Of a DNA stretch of 24,614 nucleotides, positions 16,195-23,275 are shown piece by piece. The DNA lies in IMG/VR virus record IMGVR_UViG_3300020044_002024, positions 1-24,614 of that record. One strand, written 5' to 3'. The DNA comes from a virus (lineage: Duplodnaviria > Caudoviricetes). A model generated the notes under the pieces. The model worked only from the letters and a program-made list of their open reading frames with translations. It did no database searches and had not been told where the DNA came from. Position 1 is the stretch's first letter. Every line of letters starts with the position of its first letter. A program made the translations under genes and the position numbers.

Positions 16195-17942
16195 CTCAAG
16201 ACATCATCACCAAGGCCATTTCGTTCGTCTCTCCTAAAGCCGCTCTGGATCGGATGGTCAACCAGGCGAAGCTTCGAAACTTCGGACGTTTCGACTCCGC
16301 ATTGACAAGCGAGAAGCGCGGCATCAGCCGTGGAGTATCCGGTGGCGAGGACACGGCAGGAACTCGCGAACGCTTCGCGCTCATCCGAGCCGCTCGCGAT
16401 CTTGCCGACAACTTTCCGCCTGTCCGTTCTCTCCTTTTAAAATTTGCAACGTATGTTTCGGGGCGCATAGCATATCAAGCACGCACCGGAAACCGAGAAG
16501 CTGATACCGCCATCGAACGCTACTGGAATAAATGGTGCAACGACTGCGATTTTCTTGGGCGTCATAACTTTACAACGCTGTTGCAACTCGCCGTTACCGC
16601 AATGCTTCGAGATGGCGATTGCGGATTCATCATCGTTCGCGACCGCGAAGATTTAAAACTACAAAGCGTCGAAGCCGACCGCATCGGATCGCCTTACGAC
16701 AGAACTGACACGGATAAATATATCGGCGGAATAAATGTTGACGACTATGGAAGACCCATTTCATATACTATTTTCACGCGCACTATCAACAACCAGTATA
16801 TTTCTCCTGTTGATATTGTTGCAAAAGAGTTTATCCACCTATTCGACGCAGCAAGACTTGACGAATATCGTGGGCGGTCTGCTTTCGCTACTGCGCTGAA
16901 CGCAACTCGCGATCTGCAAGAGGCTATCAAGGCCGAGGTGCAAGCGATAAAATACGCTTCGTATCAGTCCGGCGTCATCACGACCGAGAGCGGAGCGGCA
17001 GACGCTGGCGACTATTTCGCTCGCGGCAACTCGAACGATCAAGGACAGGTCGCACGCCTCCAGTCACTAGACCCAGGAACGGTCAATTATCTATCCGCAG
17101 GCGAGAAGATGGAAATGTTCAAGTCGGACAGACCGACCGGAGCATTCGGAGAGTTCATCCGCTTGGTGCAAGCGCACATTTGCATGGCTGTCGGCTTGCC
17201 ATATGGCTTCGCATTCGACGCAGACAAGAGCGGCCCTATGGCTCGCATGGAGGCCGCGATGGCCGAGCGCACGTTCTTGCGGTGGCGTGGACTCTTGGAA
17301 GGTCAATTTCTAAACAGGATAAAAAATGTTATCTTGCTGGATGCCGCTTCTCGCGGACTCATTCCAGATTCCGAATACTTGCTTGATGGCCGCTGGTGCT
17401 GGCCTGCCAAGGTTTCAATTGACTACGGACGCGAGGCCAATGCCGACATCGCTTTGTGGAAAGCTGGATTGAAGACTGCCGGTCAAATCTACAGCGACAT
17501 GGGAGAGGATTACGAGGAAGCACTCCGCGCACGCGCCAAAGAAGCGAACATGATCAAGGAACTCGGTCAAGAGTTCGACATCCAACCCAACCGCATTTCG
17601 GATTCCGTTCCGACTACGACTATCGATGCCATTTTTGACGAGAGCAAAAACGAAGCGCCGCCGTTGATCGAGAGCATCGGCATCGGTGGAACGGATGCGC
17701 TATCAGGCATCCTTGCTTCGCTCGGTCGCGGCGAACTTTCAGCGGAACAAGTCGCCGTCATCCTTCGCGTTGTATTCGGAATGGACGAAGCGAACGCAAA
17801 CAAAATCATCAACGCCGAACCAGCCGCACCAGCAGCACAAGATACAGCTCCGTCCGCATTCGTAGACGAAACCAAACCAACTAAAGTATTAGCCTTACGG
17901 GATGATTTTGGACGGATCACCGCATTTGAACGAACAAAATAA
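16191..17942 (+). CDS. Portal protein, lambda family (allele B, different C-terminus)
   Basis: 583 aa. Near-identical to the left copy up to EALRARAKEA, then divergent. Confidence 0.9.
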   Translation: MTQDIITKAISFVSPKAALDRMVNQAKLRNFGRFDSALTSEKRGISRGVSGGEDTAGTRERFALIRAARDLADNFPPVRSLLLKFATYVSGRIAYQARTGNREADTAIERYWNKWCNDCDFLGRHNFTTLLQLAVTAMLRDGDCGFIIVRDREDLKLQSVEADRIGSPYDRTDTDKYIGGINVDDYGRPISYTIFTRTINNQYISPVDIVAKEFIHLFDAARLDEYRGRSAFATALNATRDLQEAIKAEVQAIKYASYQSGVITTESGAADAGDYFARGNSNDQGQVARLQSLDPGTVNYLSAGEKMEMFKSDRPTGAFGEFIRLVQAHICMAVGLPYGFAFDADKSGPMARMEAAMAERTFLRWRGLLEGQFLNRIKNVILLDAASRGLIPDSEYLLDGRWCWPAKVSIDYGREANADIALWKAGLKTAGQIYSDMGEDYEEALRARAKEANMIKELGQEFDIQPNRISDSVPTTTIDAIFDESKNEAPPLIESIGIGGTDALSGILASLGRGELSAEQVAVILRVVFGMDEANANKIINAEPAAPAAQDTAPSAFVDETKPTKVLALRDDFGRITAFERTK

Positions 17943-18356
17943 ATGATAACACAAGGAATTGCACTTGAAGCTAAACGCGCATTGATGACCGGCGTCCACC
18001 AACCTGGGGATGAATATCGGATCGCGCTTTACAGCGCATCGGCAAAGATCGGGCCGACGACAAAAGCCTACACAACCGAAGGCGAGATCAAAGGCATGGG
18101 CTACACCGCCGGAGGCGTAACGCTCAAGGGACATCGCACAGGCATCATCGGCAAAAATGCTTTTATAACATTCGACGACGTTGTCCTAAAATCTGCAACA
18201 TTTGCCGCAGGTGGAGCGATGATCTACAACGCCAGCAAGGGCAACGCAACCTTGTGCGTTCTCAACCTCGGAGCCGAGCGGCACGTCTACGACGGCGCGT
18301 TTGAACTCAAATTTCCCAAGCCAACCGAAACCAGCGCATTGATTTTACTCGCTTAA
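17943..18356 (+). CDS. Conserved phage virion-associated protein (GYTAGG type)
   Basis: 137 aa homologue of 5828-6241. Confidence 0.65.
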   Translation: MITQGIALEAKRALMTGVHQPGDEYRIALYSASAKIGPTTKAYTTEGEIKGMGYTAGGVTLKGHRTGIIGKNAFITFDDVVLKSATFAAGGAMIYNASKGNATLCVLNLGAERHVYDGAFELKFPKPTETSALILLA

Positions 18357-18358
18357 AT

Positions 18359-18640
18359 ATGAAACCAACCAACCCAATCGTGATCGACGGCAAGACCTAC
18401 GATCTTTACACAATGACACTCGCAACAGCGAGCCGCTACAACTCGCCAGACCAGCAGGACGCGAGCGTTGTATTGACGCTCACGCCGACACGATTTGAAG
18501 GCGACCAAGTGGAGCAGTCGCAAGAAAACAATCGCACGATTCTTTTCGGTTCGCTCGCCTCCGCTTCGCAACCAGCAATCGTCGCGGTCGATGAAGTATC
18601 CGCCGCAATTCAAAAATTCATCTACGCAGAAGGGCTTTAA
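18359..18640 (+). CDS. Hypothetical protein, possible fibre partner, allele B
   Basis: 93 aa, distant homologue of 5544-5825. Confidence 0.7.
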   Translation: MKPTNPIVIDGKTYDLYTMTLATASRYNSPDQQDASVVLTLTPTRFEGDQVEQSQENNRTILFGSLASASQPAIVAVDEVSAAIQKFIYAEGL

Positions 18641-18643
18641 AAT

Positions 18644-20500
18644 ATGGCCGTCATCAAAGCTCAAGCCTCTGGAAACTGGAGCGCCACAGGAACGTGGAGC
18701 GGCGGCGTAGTGCCATCATTAAACGACACTGTTTATGCGAATGGGTTCACGGTCGCACTTGATCAGTCCATCGACTTAACAGGCTCGACCGTGGACACCT
18801 CTGGATCGTTTATCCCAGGTCAAATTTACCAAATCGTCTCGCTCGGCACGACCAACTTTGCATTGACGGCAAACTGCATTGCACCTGGCACAAATGCAGG
18901 AACTCCGGTCGCGATCACCTCGGCAGTCGGTCAGATTTTCCAAGCCGTGAACGCTGGCACAGCGACCACCGGCACCGCTCGCAGAATGGGAGCGTTGCTG
19001 AACTACGTCAACACGCCGCTGACCATCGCCACTGGTGGCGGATTCACGCTAGCTGCAAATTGGAATATTACAGGGGCATATATCCAAGCGGGTTCTGCGA
19101 ACTGCTTGACCGTCTCCGCCGCCGCCAGCTCAACGCTCGCAGGATGCCGCGCGACAGGATCGGCATTTACGCTTTCCACTCGCGCTATTGCATTTTCGTC
19201 TAGCGGAACATTGACGCTTAACGGCATCGTCGCCATCGGCGGGAGGGTTACAGGAACAACATCTGTTGACGGAGCGCACGCGATTGAATCCACGTCAGCG
19301 GCAGGCACGATTGCATTTACAAATGCCAGCACTCTAGCGGGCGGGAGCGGGACATTTGGGTTAGCTGTTAATAACGCTTCGACAGGCACGGTCACCGTCA
19401 CATCTAGCACGGTGACAGGCAACAACTTTACATCCACCCACGGAATCAACAACGCCAGTACAGGCAGCGTCACCGTCACATCTAGCACGGTGACAGGTGG
19501 GGCTGGAAATAGTATCGGTTCCCACGGCATCAACAACGCCAGTGCAGGAACGATTACATTGACATCGACCCCAGTAACAGGTGGGAGTTTTAATAGCACC
19601 AACACCCACGGCATAAACAACGCCAGCACCGGCGCGGTCATCGTTAACTCCAGCACGGTAACAGGAGGAGGAAACTATACATCCACCAACGGCATCAACA
19701 ACGCCAGTACAGGAACGATTACATTGACATCAAGCACGGTGACAGGGGGGAGCATCGCATCCGCCTCCGGCGTCTACAACGGTTCCACCGGCCCAGTGAC
19801 GATCACGGGAGATGTGACGGCATCCACTGGCGCAGGCGTTTTAAACGCGAGCACAGGCACGGTTACGATCACAGGAACACTAACTCCGACAACCGCTGTC
19901 CACGCGCTCCAATGCACCAACACGACAGGCGCAAATATTACTTTGAGCGGTTCGCTAATTTACGCATCCAACGGATTTGCTCCGACAAATTGTTTGAAGT
20001 TTTTGATGAACCCAACGCCCGCGTCAGCCACGGTGCGCTTTGCAAAAAATGGATCGACAACCTACAGTGATTTTTACACCGCCGACAACAACCTCGGCCA
20101 AGCCGCCATCACCGACGTTCGTTTCGGAACCGTCTACGCAAGCGGAGCTTTGACGGGCGTTGCATATATTCCAGCCGCCGGATCGGTAGCCTTCGGCGTG
20201 CCTGTAGATAACACAACCGGCACAGCAACGCTGACCGCCGCAAACGTGCGAGCCGCTCTCGGAATGGCATCAGCCAACCTCGATACGCAACTTTCCGCGA
20301 TACCGACGGCGGCAGGAAATGCCAGCGCGGTCAGAACGGAACTCACGCCAGAACTCACGGAGATCACCGAAGTCCACGCGATCCACGGACTTGATATTGC
20401 TAATGCGCTGACAGTAACGCCTACGAGCAGGACATCGGGCGCGATCACTCAAGCGATCACCGGAGACGGAACAACGAACACCGTAGTCACGAGGGTCTAG
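18644..20500 (+). CDS. Gly/Thr/Ser/Asn-rich beta-solenoid fibre/adhesin-like virion protein, allele B
   Basis: 618 aa with 26-28 aa repeats (HGINNASTGTxTxTSSTVTGG). C-terminus shared with allele A. Confidence 0.7.
   Translation: MAVIKAQASGNWSATGTWSGGVVPSLNDTVYANGFTVALDQSIDLTGSTVDTSGSFIPGQIYQIVSLGTTNFALTANCIAPGTNAGTPVAITSAVGQIFQAVNAGTATTGTARRMGALLNYVNTPLTIATGGGFTLAANWNITGAYIQAGSANCLTVSAAASSTLAGCRATGSAFTLSTRAIAFSSSGTLTLNGIVAIGGRVTGTTSVDGAHAIESTSAAGTIAFTNASTLAGGSGTFGLAVNNASTGTVTVTSSTVTGNNFTSTHGINNASTGSVTVTSSTVTGGAGNSIGSHGINNASAGTITLTSTPVTGGSFNSTNTHGINNASTGAVIVNSSTVTGGGNYTSTNGINNASTGTITLTSSTVTGGSIASASGVYNGSTGPVTITGDVTASTGAGVLNASTGTVTITGTLTPTTAVHALQCTNTTGANITLSGSLIYASNGFAPTNCLKFLMNPTPASATVRFAKNGSTTYSDFYTADNNLGQAAITDVRFGTVYASGALTGVAYIPAAGSVAFGVPVDNTTGTATLTAANVRAALGMASANLDTQLSAIPTAAGNASAVRTELTPELTEITEVHAIHGLDIANALTVTPTSRTSGAITQAITGDGTTNTVVTRV
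19360..19870 (+). repeat. Degenerate coding tandem repeat (~78-84 nt units), approximate bounds
   Basis: Recurrent cacgg.atcaacaacgccag and agcacggt(g/a)acagg. Confidence 0.75.
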
Positions 20501-20504
20501 GCTG

Positions 20505-20954
20505 ATGCTAGCTTCCCTGCTCATCGCAACGCAGGGCTTAATGCCAAGCCCAACGCCGTTATCCATCGGCGTGCAGGGCTTGCTGTTTATTTCGGTCGTT
20601 CCACCTGTTCCGATCAATCCCACCGATCTGCCAGGGGGCGGAGGAAGAGGACGCGAAGAGCGCAAGGTCACGGTCAAAGTTCGCGGCAACCGTCTTGTTT
20701 TCTCGGTCGCGAATGTCGAAGTGTGCGCCGGTTCGCGAATTCAAGTTGTAGGTTCATCTTGCTTCACCAATGCTGGCGAGGCAGGGCTTTCGATCAGCGC
20801 AAAAACAACGGTGCTCGGCAGTCGCAATCATGCGGGAGTGAGTCGCGCAGGGATTTCTATTTCCAGCACGTTCAACGTCATCGGTTGCGAGGAAGAGAAC
20901 GAGTTGGAAGTTTATTTGATGGCTCAAGCGGCAATGGCATTGATGGATGACTAA
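20505..20954 (+). CDS. Hypothetical protein, last gene of the fibre-like cluster
   Basis: 149 aa homologue of 3653-4102. Confidence 0.7.
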   Translation: MLASLLIATQGLMPSPTPLSIGVQGLLFISVVPPVPINPTDLPGGGGRGREERKVTVKVRGNRLVFSVANVEVCAGSRIQVVGSSCFTNAGEAGLSISAKTTVLGSRNHAGVSRAGISISSTFNVIGCEEENELEVYLMAQAAMALMDD

Positions 20955-20973
20955 TTGACATCCGCGCCTTCGC

Positions 20974-21852
20974 ATGGATGTCATCGAAGGCGTATCAATC
21001 ATTTCAATCGGCGAAGCGAAGGGTCACGGGCTTTATGTGGACGAGACAACTTTGATGGAAGTTAAAGAGTGCGCCGAGTCATACAAAGGCGGAGTCAAGG
21101 TCAACCTCGACCACGGTGCAGGCATTAAAGACATCGTTGGATTCGTGAACAATTTCCGCATCGTCGGCAAACAACTCTTGGGCGATCTCAACCTCCTCGA
21201 AACATCGCCTATGCGCGACTACGTCCTGGAGATTTCAAGCAAACTGCCGGACACATTTGGTATCAGCATCGCTTTCAGCGGCCCGATTCGCGAAGTGGAG
21301 GGACTCGCCTTCGCAAGTTGCACCGAACTCTACAGCGCCGATCTCGTGCAAACACCAGCCGCAAATGCGACAGGTCTTTTCAGTTTCACGGCAAAGCAAG
21401 TTGACAGTTTTTCCAAACAAATGCCCGAAGATACCGCAACACCAGAAATGCCTGAAAAAGAATCAGGGGAATCCGAAGTAACTATTGTTGATCTCTCCAA
21501 GCGCATGAGCGCACTTGAGGAAGCTTTCGGAGCGATGAAAACCCAGATGGAAGCAATGATGCCAGCTGAAGAGCCAGCAGCAGAGCCAGCCAAAGAAGAG
21601 ATGGCCGCTGAACTCAGCGTCATTTCCAAGCTTGAAGCAAAGCTCGACTCTATCATCTCGAACTTCGGAGCCGCTCCAGTAAAGGCTTCTGTCGTTGCTG
21701 AGGAGAAAGCCGAAGAGAAATTCGATCTAAAAGCGATCATCACCCAGAAGACCGAGGAACTCGGCAGCCGCACCGAAGCCATCCGCTTTGCAATGCGTAA
21801 CCACCGCGAAGCCTACATCGAGGCACGCGATAACAACCAACTCAATTTTTAA
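20974..21852 (+). CDS. Prohead protease fused to scaffold region (internal start likely at 21421)
   Basis: 292 aa homologue of 2758-3633. TTGACA at 20955-60 and 21401-06 precede the ATGs at 20974 and 21421. Confidence 0.75.
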   Translation: MDVIEGVSIISIGEAKGHGLYVDETTLMEVKECAESYKGGVKVNLDHGAGIKDIVGFVNNFRIVGKQLLGDLNLLETSPMRDYVLEISSKLPDTFGISIAFSGPIREVEGLAFASCTELYSADLVQTPAANATGLFSFTAKQVDSFSKQMPEDTATPEMPEKESGESEVTIVDLSKRMSALEEAFGAMKTQMEAMMPAEEPAAEPAKEEMAAELSVISKLEAKLDSIISNFGAAPVKASVVAEEKAEEKFDLKAIITQKTEELGSRTEAIRFAMRNHREAYIEARDNNQLNF

Positions 21853-21864
21853 TCCAACTAATTT

Positions 21865-22224
21865 ATGGCAACACAAAATGACATGGGGATTCGGAGCTTC
21901 GCCTTCGCTTCTGCCATCACCGCGAATACGCTCGTCAACATCTCGGGCGATAACGCTGCGCAAGCAGCATCAACCGGCGCTAATGCTATCGGAGTCGTCC
22001 AGAATGACGTCGCCGCTGGTGCTCAAGGCGCTGTCAAACTTTTCTTCCCTTCACAATTCGGCATCGTGTCCGCGATCGTGACAGCCGGTAACACCGTTTT
22101 TGCGGTGACCAGCGGTCTCATCCTCGGCACATACGCCAACGCTTCGACTGTGACTCTTGGAGTTGCGATCAACAGCGGCGTTGCTGGTGATGTTGTGGAA
22201 TACGTTCCTAAATTCAACCAATAA
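21865..22224 (+). CDS. Capsid cement/decoration protein (DUF2190-like)
   Basis: 119 aa homologue of 2385-2744. Confidence 0.75.
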   Translation: MATQNDMGIRSFAFASAITANTLVNISGDNAAQAASTGANAIGVVQNDVAAGAQGAVKLFFPSQFGIVSAIVTAGNTVFAVTSGLILGTYANASTVTLGVAINSGVAGDVVEYVPKFNQ

Positions 22225-22238
22225 TTTAACTACCCAAT

Positions 22239-23192
22239 ATGGCACTCTCATATACAACCATCCGCGCAGACATCGCCCAGGCTGTCTTCGAAGGTCTCAG
22301 CAACAAAAACAATTTGTTCATCGGCACCGAAGTCATGCCCGTGTTCTCCTCAGACGTTCGCTCCGGCGCATATCTGAAGTTGAACCTCGGCGACTCCGAA
22401 GCCCTCAACGATGACGCTCTCAAAATCGCCGCCGGTGCTGGATATCCCCGCACAAGCCGCCGGTTCACGAGCGACTCTTTCGACGCTATCGAATACGGTC
22501 TTGAGGAAGTTCTTCCTGATAGCAACCGCCGCGATCTCGACAGATTCTTCGACACCGAAGTGAACATCGCCGCGATGCTCCTTCGTCAGATCCAAGTCAG
22601 CCACGAGGCTCGCGTTGCTTCCGCAGCATTCGCCGCCAACGGCCTGACAGCGATCAGCGCATCGGCAGCTTATACCGACGCGAACATCACCAGCTTCGAC
22701 GTTCCCGGTGACGTGGCTCAAGCCAAGCTCGAACTCGCCAAATACGGCGTTCTTGCTAACACCTTGATCATGTCCATGCCAGTATTCGAGCGCATCCGCC
22801 GTTCGGCCAAGGTTCAGAACCAATTCTTCGGCATCGTTCCTTCGGATCAAAGCCGTCTCCTGAGCGAAGGCGAAGTTGCCGCCGCTGTCGGAGTTGACCG
22901 CGTTCTCGTTGGCCGCGCACCTAAAAACACAGCCAAAAAGGGCCAAGTGTATTCCGGTGGGTTCATCTGGTCTAACACCTACATGGCACTCGCCAACACT
23001 GTTGGTGGTGACTTCTCTGGTGGCGGATTCGGTCGCACGATCGTTTGGGCCGCAGACAGCCCCGTGCCTTTCGTTTCCGAAACCTATCGCGACGAAGCTC
23101 GCCGCGCCGACGTTCTCCGCGTTCGCCAAAACAGCGCTGAGAAAGTCATCGACGGATCGAGCATCATCCGCATCACAACCGGATACGTGTAA
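22239..23192 (+). CDS. Major capsid protein (lambda gpE-like)
   Basis: 317 aa homologue of 1419-2372. Confidence 0.85.
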   Translation: MALSYTTIRADIAQAVFEGLSNKNNLFIGTEVMPVFSSDVRSGAYLKLNLGDSEALNDDALKIAAGAGYPRTSRRFTSDSFDAIEYGLEEVLPDSNRRDLDRFFDTEVNIAAMLLRQIQVSHEARVASAAFAANGLTAISASAAYTDANITSFDVPGDVAQAKLELAKYGVLANTLIMSMPVFERIRRSAKVQNQFFGIVPSDQSRLLSEGEVAAAVGVDRVLVGRAPKNTAKKGQVYSGGFIWSNTYMALANTVGGDFSGGGFGRTIVWAADSPVPFVSETYRDEARRADVLRVRQNSAEKVIDGSSIIRITTGYV

Positions 23193-23214
23193 AATTCCCC
23201 GCAAGTAGCATCGG

Positions 23215-23250
23215 AAAAGCCACCTCGAAAGGGGTGGCTTTTTTGTTTTT
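23215..23250 (+). terminator. Intrinsic terminator after major capsid gene
   Basis: aaaagccacctc-gaaa-ggggtggctttttt. The stem top differs from the left copy but pairing and the GAAA loop are retained. Confidence 0.85.
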
Positions 23251-23275
23251 GTTGACATATACTGCAAGAGTAAAC

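Noticed and set aside
19360-19870. Possible CRISPR array or DGR template/variable repeat
   Set aside because: The repeats are degenerate, in-frame and protein-coding. There are no constant repeat-spacer units, no adenine-specific variation and no reverse transcriptase in the window.
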